Part shown: positions 11,888 through 27,277 of the stretch, in pieces
Numbering within the stretch: position 1 is the first letter of the stretch
How the letters are laid out: every line of letters begins with the position of its first letter
NCBI GenBank assembly: GCA_038496445.1
Contig: JALMLS010000497.1
Location: forward strand, 21,525 to 85,524
DNA length: 64,000 nucleotides
Direction: 5' to 3'
DNA from: Trichosphaerium sp. ATCC 40318
Taxonomy: Eukaryota; Protista; Tubulinea
Notes under the pieces: generated by a model
Seen by the model: the letters and a program-made list of their open reading frames with translations, nothing else
Database searches by the model: none
What the model was told of the DNA's origin: nothing
Translations under genes and position numbers: made by a program

Positions 11888-13524
11888 ATGCAGAATAACC
11901 GATTTGACATTCTACCAAACGAAATAGTGCTCACAATATTCGAAAATACTGACACTTTAACGCTAGTGTACTGTGGTAGCGTATGCAGGCGTTGGTACGT
12001 GAGTTCAGATATAAACCGTTTTTCTTGCTTACAGGAGCCCTCGGTAGGCGCGATTTAAGCGTCGTAGAGTCTCTATGGCCTATTTACAATGCTGAGCACT
12101 CTGTACGTTACTAAAGACCGCATTTGCTGTCAACTACGTGTTCTAGCTCGCTTACCATCTCGAAGGGCGCTAGAAGAGCTAATTACTTGCTTCGTAAACG
12201 AATAGAAGCAAAAGGACGGCGAGAACATCGCACACTTCAAAAGTACCGTAGAAATCATTTTATTCAGAAGATTGACATTTTGACACTTTAGGAAACATGA
12301 TTTTGAACTTTTTCGTCGACTGCTTTTCACTTGTCCTCTTGTTTCTCATATCTGTGTTAACCAGTTTCATATGATAATGGCTCAACTTGCAACCATGACC
12401 ACAATAGTAGGCACGTATTTCATTCAACGAGAATATTTTAAGAATTTTTACTATTTTTGTTCTTACACATGCGTAGAAGCATTACCAACAATGAAAGAAG
12501 TCTATCAGCGTGTACGCAGAAAAGCAATTTATACTATTGAACCATACATGGGTTTTTTAATTAAAACGTAGTGGGCGTTATCACCTGTGCCTTACTTAAA
12601 CCTCGGTTTGATTGGCGATTTTTGGATACTTGGAAGATTGTTTACACCTTCCATTGTTGAAAAGCCAGTGCGATCTCAAGTGAAAGTATTATCAAAAGGT
12701 ACTTTATATGGGCTTGTATTCCATATTTTAATCTTATAATTGAACTTTAGCATTCATAATAACGCTCACTACTTCATTCCTTAGTATGCCTGTGGAAACG
12801 AGTGCGTTTACTTTCATCAACACGTATTCAGTTAATTCTTGTTTTATAGTTAAAACTGGTATGGCTGCGCTATGGTCATCAAGTAACACAACGCATATAA
12901 GCGTTGCAAGAGAAATTTACACCAAGCATGGTATTACAGGGTTTTTCTCTGGAGGAATAACAGCTGTTGTTGCGAGTATGCAATTTTACTTGTTGTTGAT
13001 AAACGTTTATAATTTCGGGTTAGTTGCTACATTGAAGACACTTGGTATGTTTTTGGGTTATAGATTATGGATATACTTTGCTAAAAGATACAATGTATCG
13101 CACAAGACATCATATTCAGACCCTATAAGAAACACATTATGTACGTCATCCAAATGCGCAAAAAAGAAATCTAATTATTTGTCCTGCAGGGTCAGTTTTA
13201 TTTGTTGGCATCTGTGGTCATGTACTCACCACTCCTATAGTGACAGCTTGTCGCCTCATGTATGTACTAAAGCTATAAACTATGGCTTTACTTAATGTAT
13301 TTGTAGGCAAAGTGCACTAGTAGTTCCCGGTTCTTGCATGGCTGATAGGTCATTACTTAACACATTAGTTCTTGTAGTGAAAGAAAAAGGCTTCATGGCG
13401 CTTTTCCGTGGGTTACAACAATCTTCAGTACGTATTCAACTGGCGTTAAATGATTTTTAATTCATTTTAGAATCTTTTGTTGACAATGTTGATTGCTCAG
13501 TACACTGCAGTTACATGGTGTTAA
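11888..13524 (+). CDS. F-box protein fused to a divergent mitochondrial-carrier (SLC25-like) domain
   Basis: Exons 1-2 read FDILPNEIVLTIFENTDTLTLVYCGSVCRRW/RDLSVVESLW (clear F-box). Later exons give carrier motifs SMPVET/IKTG...REIYTKHGITGFFSG and TTPIVTACRLM/Q...LVVKEKGFMALFRGL. An in-phase splice path links them. Confidence 0.6.
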
Positions 13525-13777
13525 TAGTTTTTAATATGAACAAAAACTTCTCTAATTATTGGGTGAGGCAATAATCAATTTAACCACAGCAAACTTACTT
13601 GACATTGTCAACTCAATTAATAATTACTCATGTAATCAGATAACAACTGTTCTGAAGATAAATAACTACAATTGTGGACTACAACTTATGAATTCATACT
13701 ATAACCAAACTTAGCTGCAAATTTATGCTTTAATTGCGCTTTTAATAGTAAAAGGTTTCCAATGGCTTACATCTGAG

Positions 13778-16700
13778 CTAGTTTTCAAATGTTAAATAGG
13801 GTTGCTTTTTAGTTCCATCTTCGTTTACTTCTTCAGGTTCTTGAGGCTTCTTTGGAATAACAAGGCATAGTACCTTAATATGAAATGGTTAATAACGCAT
13901 TATTATAATGGTATACATACCACACAGATTAGACAAACGCACACAAGAGAGAAGAGAACAATAGCAACTATCAGATACACTTGATAGTTTTCCCAAAATT
14001 TTGAAAACCCAGTTTTAGGCAACTCTCCTCGTGTAAGTAGACGCATAGTTGATGATATCCTGAAGTTTCCTCTACCTTTTACTGGATCTCTAGATATACC
14101 TACAGGGAATATACCAAGTTGTATTAGGTACTCCTAGTTGATATTAATTAACATCAATCTAATAAAAACGTGTGCCGTGTTTAGAAGTTATCTTGTTTTT
14201 TTCTTATTTGTAGCTAAAACGCAACAATGATGTGACGTGCCTGTCCTTTTGTAGCATTAAAAGAAATCATACTTTTATAACCACAATCATTTGAACTGCA
14301 TGCAATAATAGATGTATTTGATACAGCGTCACAATCTGTAGTAGAATAAATTGCCATCTAGTTTGAACAAAAAGGTTAGTACTAAAAAGTGTACAAAACA
14401 AAATCACGTAAGCACTTTGTACTTGGACTTCAGAAATGAGAAAAAAAAAAGGCAAAAAAGAATCACGTGATAAGTACCTTTGTGTCGAGAGTAGGTGATA
14501 GATCATCACAAGTATCAACAGTAATAAATTGATCCTCATCTGATATCCATCTAAACCAAACATCTGATTCAATACCAAGCTCATCCGCTATGTCACAACG
14601 TTGCATATTTTGACCAATTTGCCCTTTGGTGGCACTTTTAACATATTAGCCAAAACATGGTTAAAAACCACAACGTTAATTGTTTTGACCTACCGTGAAT
14701 TATCCCAAGGAAATATACCAGTTCCATTTATTGTAATAGCATCAATACAAAAATCGGCAACTACAACAACCATTAAAGAAGATCAAAATAGCAACCTGCT
14801 GCAGGTTTTTTTTTTCAAGTTTGACAAAAACAAACTAAACTTTTGTGCTAGCTAGTAATAACAGTGATGTAATGAACCCTTAACTAAAATTACTACTTAC
14901 CTTCTATTATCTCTGATGGGTCTTCTAGTATTACTTCAGATACACATTGAGGATATCTTAGCTTAACATATTGTTCAATACGTTGTCTTATATTCCAATT
15001 CACTCTAACGCTATCAGTCCCATAAAATCCTTTTCTACCCATGTATTCATGCATATCTACTAGCGTTCCAACGCCCTTTGTATCACAGTAGCTCATAATA
15101 GATCCTAGCAACCGAAGATTGTAAGAAAAGAAAAGAAAAAAAAAAGAGCGCACCTCCTGTTTCTGGTTTTTCTAATGGATTGCTACCGCATTCACCATCG
15201 CAGTTATCAATAGGCGGAGGGAATCCGGCGCCATATCTAAAGCAATCCAAATCTTGATTATTGTAACAATGAGTATGAGGGCTTCCAAGACTGTGACCTT
15301 GAGAAACAAATCAAACACGAAAGTATTGTGTTTTAAAGAAACGATTATCTTGTATTGTAGTGTACCTAACTCATGACCAACAACAACAGTGTTAAATTTA
15401 GGATTTTCTTTTGTAATACCAGAGATTCCTAGAAATATGTAAGTAAGAGTTGTCACGTGTTAATTTTATTGAAAAGCTAAAAGTATATGCCAAGAAAATC
15501 ACGTTTTTTGGTGTACCTGTGGCGCTGGTTGAACATAAAGTTCCAATGTATGCTAAACCACCTTCGTTTCTCCCTGAAAGGAGATGTACTGCGCCAATAT
15601 TTCTTTGTTCTATATACTCTACACCTGATGGCCTATTCAAACATTGTTTAGTATTCTAAATGCTAACAAGTTTATTGTTGCTTACTGAATATATTTAGAA
15701 GTTAAGTCCTCTAGCAAAACAGTAAAATTCTTGTTTCCTGCCCAAGGTGTAGCAGCTTTAAGCGTTAGGATACAGCAGAAATATGAGGAAAATCACAAGA
15801 CGTTTTAAGTAAAAATTGAGAATTCTCAATAATTTCCGTACTTGGTGTTTGAGACACAAAAACATCGGCTATACTTACAATTACCCCCAAGTCTCTTTTA
15901 TAAAATATATTTACACGTGCAATAATACCGGCTACAAAATCAGCAGCAGCACGAATAGCCAGCGAACCTTCAAAATCATCTTCAAAAAACTGAAAGAATG
16001 AATAATCAGACTCGAACGCAACCTTTAAACCAAATAAGTAAGAACAGATTATTGATCAAAACCATGCTATATTCCAGATTTGTGTTCAGAAACGAAAAGT
16101 AAGTTGTCAAGTTGTACCCTGATAGCGTATACCGGCTGCCAGTTACTGAAATCTGTTGGACATTCCCTATTCATTGGGCATTAGATTTCTATGTACTTTT
16201 GTGGCCTTCTTGTTAGTACGTTGTTTGTCGTTTGATGTGATCATGTGCTTGCTTCTTTATATCTGCTTCAAAGTCACGGATAGTATGATTGTGGGATCCA
16301 CATTTAAACCTCGGAGGCTCAACTTCTTTTCGTTTTTGTTTTAAAACCAATACATCGTGATCTCTGTGACCCAAGTACCACTCTCCCTAAATGTCAATCA
16401 ACGTAAACGCATTTTATTCGAACCAGTCCATAAAAAACCACTCGGGCAAATAGGCAAATAAAACGTACCTCGTGAAGTATGGATGCTGTAACGTTTTTAG
16501 ACTCATGTACTGTAAGATGAACTACCGAATGAATATCTGACGATGCTTTACCTGTGAAAAAATGCGATTCTATCAGTAGTTAGTGCCAAATCACGTGTAC
16601 TACTACTTTAATACGAACCTGGTGGTCTGATAAAGCCATCTCCAGTATGAATACGTGCGTCACTGGCCCAAGGAGATGGAAGCTTTCTAAGCTTATAATG

Positions 16701-16968
16701 CTGTGACTCTACTACTCCTCTGTTGAAAGTTAGTAAAGGGAAAGCCCACAACTATCCCTGTTGTGTTTTTTTTTTACCTTTTGTTCGTTGTAGAAGATAC
16801 TTCTAGCTCTGACCCAGTATTAAACTGTCCAGGGTTATCTACAAGTTGAGAGAAGGTGATACTGTGGGATGAAACCCATTCCATACTCAAAATCACCCTT
16901 ATCACGTGATAAGCATACTGCTAGCGGTATAAACAAACGTACAATAAGGTAACGACGAGAAGGTGCAT
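13778..16968 (-). CDS. Membrane-anchored reprolysin-like (M12B/ADAM-like) zinc metalloprotease, paralog A
   Basis: Signal peptide MHLLVVTLL/VILSMEWVSS; prodomain with PRFKCG (cysteine-switch-like); zinc motif HELG/HSLGSPH (split by an intron); Met-turn GSIMSYC; Cys-containing ancillary domain; TM VYLIVAIVLFSLVCVCLICV; short tail ending KQPYLTFEN*. Confidence 0.85.
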
Positions 16969-17400
16969 TTTATACTGAGTACAAAAGAAAATAGTGCCTC
17001 GGGTGATTCCCAACCGCTTATGCGAATTCTGGCAAACTGTTTTTTCTCTAATGTTCTACAAAAAGAATACGGAATGTACTGAAAATCGCGCCATAGACAA
17101 CTTACTCGGGTGTTTTGATTTCGTAACTTGATACTGTATTTGGCGCTACAAACTGATTGGTAGCCTTCTTGCAGCACTAGAGCTTTGCTTTCACGTTTTT
17201 AGAGCCACCAAGCTTCCTTTTTTTCATTTGTCACTCAACGGACACTTAAACCTCACTTACATACGGTTTTAGTGCATATTACGATTTTCTCAACTCCAAA
17301 GCCAGTTATCTAGCGCAAACTGATTTTGCCGCAAGCGCTCACAAGCTTGGTGAGAGTTTATAGCTAGGGTGTTTTTCACGTGATACGATGAAGATTCTAG

Positions 17401-18695
<1,295 letters not shown>

Positions 18696-19151
18696 TTCAC
18701 CAACAGTTTAGTATAATATTCATTCACATGTTAAGTCAACCCGCTCGCTTCGCAAACTGGATAATGCGCTGAAAAAACTCATGCAGTCGGACCATGTAAA
18801 ATCTTGAGCCATAATATTATCTAAACAACTACAGTGGCACGTGAAATTACCTCGAAGAGTTGCTTTCTACAACTTGCTAGCGCACCTTATGCATATGGCT
18901 ACTTAGAGCCAATTCATGGACAAAAAACCTGAGCATTGAGTTTTTTCGCTGCTAGGAAGATACGAACTGTATGATCAACAATTTGGGTGCGTCGAAAAGT
19001 TGTCGATTGAAAACGGTTTGCAACACAGTGCTTTTTTCTATTAAAGGTGTAACTTTTTTCACTTCAGTTTATTGCAAAGACGTTTAAAAACGAAAAAAAA
19101 CTATTAAGACAGTACTTCATCCCTTGTCAATAAAGATGCGTTTGTTTTATT

Positions 19152-22100
19152 TTACCAATTCTCGTTTTCCAATAAACCTTTGAGTCTTTCTACAATGACT
19201 CTGAATCTTGGTCTAGAACGAGCATGATGTTTCCAACAATCAATAACTAATGTTACAAAACTTTGTTCTAACGAACTTGTAGGTTTAGGAATAGTAGGTC
19301 TACAAAATAAAAAAAGTAAGAAATACAAATCTTCATCTTTCAAAAAAAAAACCAAAACTTAAGAGCGAGAAGCTTTCATCGTATTGTTTTGCTCAAATAT
19401 AAACACCAGTATTACTAATATATAAATAGAATATATAAAAATCCAAAATTATGTGTTAGGATACTGTACAGGCAAGCAACAAACTTAAGTTCGATTTTTT
19501 TTCAAACTGCAAAAAGAGAGAAAGTAAAACAAAGATAATAACGTACCTAACGTTCCCTTCCGAAATCATCTCCCTTAGGAGCCATTTATTTAAATGGCTA
19601 AATTCCTCATAAGGAAACCCACCATTTGTTAATAGTCTCCATAAAATTATTCCAAAACTATAAACATCACTCTGTATAGAGTAAGCCTCTCCACGTATGA
19701 TCTCTGGCGCAAGAACAGGTGTATTAAGAACAACAGGTCTTTTCAGTTTTTGCAAAACATAAGCTGCTGTTCCAAAATCAGCTATCTTAGCTAATACTGG
19801 ATCATCTGGATTTGAAGAAACCATCAAAACGTCTAAATGAAATTAAAAAGAAACATATCAAAAAATGCTTGGAGAAACGTTTTCATTGTTTTCTCGTCTC
19901 AGACGAACTACGTTTATAAAATAATATCTAGCACAAAAATTTACCATATTTGGTGTTTTTTTAACATTAGTAGAGTTTTAAAGAGTGGGTAAGGTGTCGT
20001 CACCTTACAAAAGATATGCGAGCTTGGGTTTTTTTGATAAAAATGAGAAAATATGAGAAAAACGTTATTTCTTACTCTCACACTTGACATCTCGATGAAT
20101 AATAGGTGGCGTTAGATTGTGCATACGAAGCATACCATTTGCAATATCACATGCTACTCTCAGTTTGAACTTCCATGTAATGAGAGGCTAAAAAAACAGA
20201 AAAATTAAAAAAAAGTTTTAGCGCTGACAAAGATCCTTTTGAGCACGTTTCGCGTCTTGCAGTTTCAACAATTCATTTGTAATAAATGTAAGTACCTTGT
20301 TTTCTTCTTTAGCAAGGAACTTTGCCAAGTCTCCCATAGGTAAGAACTCCATTACCATCGTCAAAGGGTCAACTGTCAAACCCAATAATTTAACAATGTT
20401 AGGATGCGAAAGCATTGCCATCAGTCTAACTTCATGTCTAAACTCAGTTACCATCTCTGAAGGATCTGATTCCTAGTAAAGTTTCTTAATTACCAATATC
20501 GAATGCTAATAAAAGAAGGCATGTGTCAGACGTACGTATTCTTCTTCAATGTGATAAAGTGTTTTAACAGCGACAGTCTCGCCTTTGTATGTAGCCTGTT
20601 GCACAGCGCCAAACCCACCAGCACCGATTGAATCTCCTAATTCAAGGTCCTTATATTGTAGCACCATATCAGCAAGATCAGCAAGTGCTAAATCTGGAGC
20701 AAGGTCTTTAAGCCTGTAAAAAATATGTAAGAAAACATCCAAAATACCAAAATATAATTTTCGCTAAACAGAAATACAGTCTCAGTACTTACAATACTTC
20801 TGTTCCATCTTCACATGTCAAATAACCTGATCCTGACGCTAAATAGAACTAAGAGTTGCGGACATCCAAAGACATGGTTTAGCATACCTAGAGCTTTTGC
20901 TACTTCTTCCTTGTCAAACATATCTGGCTTACCAAGTGGCAATGCAAATATAAAACACTTATATTCAGCACCTTGGAACCAATCATCTATAAGACTATCA
21001 ACAGCTTGTGTCACATCAACAATGAGGCTAAACTCTTTTCTGAAGAAAAAAAAATAAGCAAAACAAATCGTACAACGATAAACTCAACACTCCAACACGG
21101 CAATGAACAAACGCGTAATGTGATAAGAACACATTGCTGACAAATATATAGAACTTAATGAGCATAATGCCTGAAGCGGAGCGCAGGAGCTGCACATACT
21201 AAAGGACTCTAATAGAAATTTGATTACGTACTCCACGTAGAATACAACAGTTAAACTATGACTGCAGTTATCATAATTCAAAGTACACTTTTGTCCACTC
21301 CGGCCAAGAGACAACCCGTTCTGCCAGTACCCAATAAAAGATACATTCGGAAGATGTAAACAACGTATAATAAGTCTACTTGCGAAACTTATGGGCATAA
21401 ACTTAAACCTAACAAACCAAATAAGCAAACGGCGACTTCTGCCAATGTAATACTCTAAGGTATATGTGTACATACCTGTAAGCCCTTCTATAACATTTCT
21501 TATCCATGTCGGTGTATGAAACAGCAGCAGAAGGAACAACATCTGTTACTAAGCAAGGAATCAAGAATTTTTGTTCAGTGTTTTTTTCCGTATCTAAAAT
21601 AGTAGTAAGCATCATGTCTACATGTCTTTTCTAATTACGTACTTGGAAGTAAGTATACAAGTTCAAAATGTTGTAGTAATTGTAGCAACTTTTTTTTCAT
21701 GCTCTTGGTCACGTGAGGCCAGAAATGTTGCATTATGTTTGACCGTTCAACTGTACCATTCTTTATCCAATTATGTTTTGTAGTAATCTAAAAATGACCG
21801 TTAGTTTTTACCCAACACATGATCATAGTGCGGTTGTAATCACGTACTACTTCAGAGAATATGTCACAAAGAAACTGAGGGCTCAAAAAAACGACATCAG
21901 ATAAAGCATTAAAGTCACCAGACTCAGAAAAATGAAGTATTACACCTGAGCTAGGTTACCAAAAAACTTATGATACCTTCTTTAAATGTGCGTACCTGCA
22001 TGACTTAGGGCACGAGCGGCATTTGTTGTTTCAGAAGGGTCAATATCAGCATTGCTACATAGCATGCAAAACTTCTTCCATGATATGAAATGCTAAATAA

Positions 22101-25100
22101 AAACACTTTGGTCAACCACCAGCTTTTCTCGATGAAACTTCTTACCTGAGATAGTCCCGCTAAAGTGTTCTCAAGTTTCAGATAAGGCTCAGGCATATCA
22201 TAACTATACATGGCGTTAAGAAAAGACAAATACGATAATGACTCTAGTCTCACATACCCAACTAGGCGGAACTTGAAGCAAGCGTCAATTATTGTGTTCT
22301 TTAATGTTCGCATACCCTTTCAGAAAATAAGTACTCAGCTCATGAATCGTATACACGCTCACCTTGATTTCCTTGCAACTAGTTACAAGGTAGCTTACAA
22401 TATTTAGAAAAGATTTGTATCGCCTAAACGTAAGTGTTAGTTGTTTTTACATAAAGAAAGTTTTCTGTAACAATAACTTACTTGCAAACAGCTTTCATTG
22501 CTTCTTGAGCTTCATCATCACTCATTGTCTCGGCTTTATTACCAATTAAGATTATTGGGGTAGTTTTGCCAGCACTAACAAAGAGTAAGAAAACCCCAAC
22601 CAAAGCCAGTATCATACCGTGTGCAAATAGCCTAAAAAACAAAAGCGTCAGGAGAACCGAGTTAAATGGAGTGTTACCTTTATCCAATATTCTATTGGTG
22701 TATAACAAGGATCGTTTATATCAAATACAACAAGATATATTGCTCTAGAAGACAAGAAAAAGGAATGTGTTCCGTAGTACAATTCTTGACCTAGTGACAA
22801 AAAAATTAGACCTCAAGTTAAACCTTGTTTGTTCATGCCAGCATAGTCCCATATGTTCAATAGAATACGTTTACCAGAAGTACTTGACTTGATTTCAGCT
22901 TGAGATATATCAATACCATCTGTTGACAAGTTATTATCAAGAGTAGGTAAAGTATACAACAGATAATAATTACGCTTTAAAAGCATGGACAAAGACGTTT
23001 TCCCAACCTTTAAGAAAAAAATTAGAACACAGAAGCTCCAAAAAATTACAAGTACTACGTACCCCTGCGTCACCTACTAGCATTAATTTAACTTTTTCAT
23101 AAGTCACTTTGGTGTTAGCATCGCCTTCAAGCGAAGTCAAATAAGTGTACAATCGAGATGTAGTGAAAGATCGTTGTAGATGAAAGTCGGCCATGTCACC
23201 AAACTCTTCTTCTGGTATAAGGCTCCAAGGATTGTTAAGAAGTTGTATCTCTTCTAACTGCGTTAACTGACATAATTGTCTTGGCAACGCATCAATGTTG
23301 TTGTTTGAAAGTAATAAAGCCTTCAAGTTCGTAAGATTAGCTGCAAACAAAGTTAGTTCTAGTTTCTTTCGAAAATACATCATAAAAGGCATGTACAAGA
23401 GTTTTACTGCCTTCCTGATGATTCACACTTCTTACAGTGCAGTACACATCTTTTTACATACCTATCTTGCTTGTGACTTTAGCTATCTTATTAGAACGTA
23501 GATCGAGATGTGTCAAGCTACGAAGCTTATAGAATGAGTTTGGAATAAATCTAAGTGATGCGCCATGACTTAAGTCTAATTTTGTGATGTGTAGCTTTTC
23601 TATATTGTAGTTCAAGTGTAAATCTTGTTTTTCAATATTCATAGCAGCTTTTGCAGCAACACATGTAAGTGGACAAAATCCCTTGAATAAAAATTACAAC
23701 GAACTTTTTTCTTTAAATACCCAAGTGTTGTTGTCGCCCGTACCTTATAGATTACTCTATGTTCTCCATCAGGTCCAATGCTACATATCTAGAGATATTA
23801 CATAAGTAAAAATTCAATGGTAAATTATAAGGTGGAGTAACGATTTTATAGTACCTTATCAAAACGTTGTGTGTACGCCTCACTGATTCGTTTTCTTGAA
23901 GCGTGGGCTAAACCACAATCATTTATATTAAGCCAATAAATGGATGTATTATAGTTCATGGCTTTAGATAATGATCTAGCATTGTTTGTTCCAATTCTGT
24001 TACCAGATAGACTAAGAATTTTTATAAAATTGTTGAGCCGAATGACATCACAGATGTGTTTCGTAAACACACCCTTTTTATCTGTTTTAGACATATCAAG
24101 GATACTTATACTCTGGTTAAATATTAAAGCTGTACATAGTAGAATAAAGGTATCTTCGCATAGTGTATTATGTGATACATTAAGTTGACGTAAATTAAGA
24201 CGATCTGAAATTAGTGGTACAAGTGCTTCAACAGCTTGCAGCTCTAAGGTTATAATGAGTTGAGGTTTACACAACAAGAGAAATCAAATTAATGTTAACA
24301 TGAAGTACCCAGATTGCAGTGCGAGAGATTCAAGGATGTGAGACCAATAGCCAATGAAATCTCTGAAGGTAGTGCAGAAATAAAATTATTGCTCAAATTT
24401 AAATGAACAACGCTTGGCTTTTCGCAAATCACTTTAATCATCTCCATATTTGCTTTCTTTGTAGCTAGAGAACTAATGAGTATATAATTTTATAAGAAAA
24501 AGGTATAAAAGCTACCACAACTGGCCGCACTATTGATGTTATTGCTAGATAAGTTGACACATTTCAGAAGAGGTGTAAAATCTCGAAATGTCCTTAAGAA
24601 CTCTGAGCAGCGTATATTACATGAATCCAAGTTTATACAAGTCAATAGAGGTAATTCACATAATTTATCGGCAACAGAAGGACCTATAACATATCAACAC
24701 TGACTATGAAATACTTTGTTTTGTAAATAACTAAGAAAAATCACGTACCTGACGCATCATGACAAGCCAATGATAAAAATTTAGCTGCTATGTACCTCCC
24801 AACAATAGAACAAATAGCTTTTGTTTCATCTGAACAAACACGTGTTTTCTTGCTAGTACCAAACTTTTTCTTCTTTTTTTCTGATTTTTCTAACGATACA
24901 TCCAAATGTGTCACAGACTTACTAGGAGTACGAACATGTTCTCTTACTAGTTTAATAGTCCTCAAATCTGTAAAATTTCCGAGGGGAAGAGAACTATCAA
25001 AGAACTTTAACTGTGAATGCGCCACACCTTCCAAAACTGAATAAACATCCTGGATTTGAGTACTCTCACACCAACATTCACGAATGCCAAGGTACGTTAG

Positions 25101-26402
25101 ATTACAAGTTTCAAGCATCATACATATATGAAGCGCTGATTTAACATCAAGAAAAGGATTATAAGAAAGCTCCAGCCGCTTGATATTGACCATATCAGTT
25201 AGACGTTCAACGATTTGGCAGATGTTACAAATGCCAATAGAAGTTATCGAATTATTGGAAAGGTTAAGGTACTCAACAGGTGAATGGTATATAAGCGGTG
25301 CTATAGGCATAACACCATTATCATCAATAAGATTATGAGATAAATTTAACTCTTTAAGAGTACTTGCTGTTGCTGAATTCTTAATAGCATTGATAAGCTC
25401 AGCTATGAGATGTGTTAGTTTTACAAAAAAAAAAGTGACAACATGATGAAACGAAAAAAATTACGTACTGACATCTTCAGACGTTATAGAAGAGTGAGAT
25501 AAATCTAAGGAGTACAATCCATTCGCAGTACTTATTACTTGTATAAGAGGTGTCGGCATGAATATTTCTAAGTCCATATTAGCACGTACAGTAGAGTTTA
25601 ACAAAAAATCTTCAAACAATCAATAGAAAAAGTTTTCTACGCTATTCTTTGTACCTGAACGACTCTTACTACGCCAATTGCTTAATTTAATGACACGTGG
25701 TAGTTTATCAACGTCAACAGCTGGAGTGGCTCCTTTTTCGGCGACTTCTTTCTTAAAGCTTTGGCTCTCCTCTTCATCTATTTCCTCTAGAATACGAGAG
25801 CCAACTGCTACTGTGAAATCTTCGGGCACAATACCACGATTAACGACTTCGGTAAAAAACAAGTATAACTGCGTCTTCTCACTAGTGAGCGTGCTAGTAA
25901 CGCGTCAAAAAGCGAATCATGGTTTCACATCAAAATCAGGAAAAATTAATTGTTTTTAGATGCAATAGTCTGGCAACAGTTTTACTAAGAGTTTACGTAC
26001 GTTTTGTTTATAGTACAGGTAGATTCTGACACTGTGGCATTACTCCATTGACAATTGTTTACTAACTCCTTTAGAATGGTTTACTTACTATATAAGTACC
26101 AGAAACCGCGTCCATGAGGTCAAGTAGCGCGTTTACATTTGAATCAATGCCAAGAGTACCCAAGACGCCGTCTTTCAGTGTGTCAAGGTCTCTGAGGTAG
26201 TGTACACCCGCTAACGCAAATATTTCAGTTATCTCCGGCAAACCAATAGCTTCGAGCACAGTAGACATGCGATAATCATCCTTGATATCAGTAACCTACA
26301 ATAACATCATTTAACACTGATTTTACAAAGAGAACATACAAGTTTTTCTGTATCTTCATTGTTTCCTTCTTTCGCTGTAGTAGCACCCTTGTTGGAGATC
26401 AT
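19152..26402 (-). CDS. ROCO-family kinase: SAM-like N-terminus, LRRs, ROC GTPase, COR, TKL kinase (many exons)
   Basis: LRR exons at 23100-25560; ROC motifs KLMLVGDAG/VGKTSL, STDGIDI, IWDYAG/QE, IILIGNKAE; COR-like exons at 21100-22300; kinase GAGGFG, VAVK, IHRDVKCE/N, ADFG, LAPE. Confidence 0.9.
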
Positions 26403-27277
26403 TTGGCTGTTATATTGCCTTCATGAGGCTTGTAGGGCTTTTAAGGCAATTTCTGTATTAATATTGCTTTCTAAATCCGTTAACGAGTTAAATACAACAC
26501 TTATCACAGATGATGCGACCAGCCTGTTATTTGGCTTTCAGCAAAAGTTAGTATTATTGCCTAAATAGCCCATAAAGGCAACGCCCGCGTTATACAAATT
26601 TCACACGCCACAAAACAAAGTGTGGTACGTCGTAAACCGCGAAACGTGGAAAAATGAATTCATTCTCGCTCAATATTTAGACGAAAGGATTTCGGATAAT
26701 TTGTATCTCCTTGTATTCACGAAGCTACCATATATCGTTTACAATATTTGGTTGGAGAGAAAAATGACGTTGTAGTAATCTCCTTCACGAACTTTCGAAA
26801 GTTCCTTTACATTTTTTTTTTGTGACGAAGCAGTTTTTTTGTTGTTTTTATGAAATGTCAAGTGAAATGTAACATACACGTTCATAATTTATGTAGTACC
26901 GTAGTACGTGTAATAACAATATCGAAATATGCGAAAATAAGGGTGATGACGCATGTTTGGAAGCACACTTGCTATTTCCAGAGAACATTACCCAAATCCC
27001 TATTTCTTGTTAGCAATAGACTCTATGTCTTCAGGTATTTAAGTCTTTCCCAACTTTTGACGCCTCAGCACCGTTTTGGGGTAACCCACAAAACAAAAAA
27101 AATATCTGGCGTTCCCAGCATTACCAGCAAACATGGGAACACTAACATACAAAAAAAAACACAAAAGCAGTTCACCAAACAGCCCCTAAGAAATAAAGTC
27201 CAGAAATTTCTCATCTCTCTTTTCGTTATTACATCAGCCCCTATCACAACAACTAGCGCTAACACGTATCGTACATA

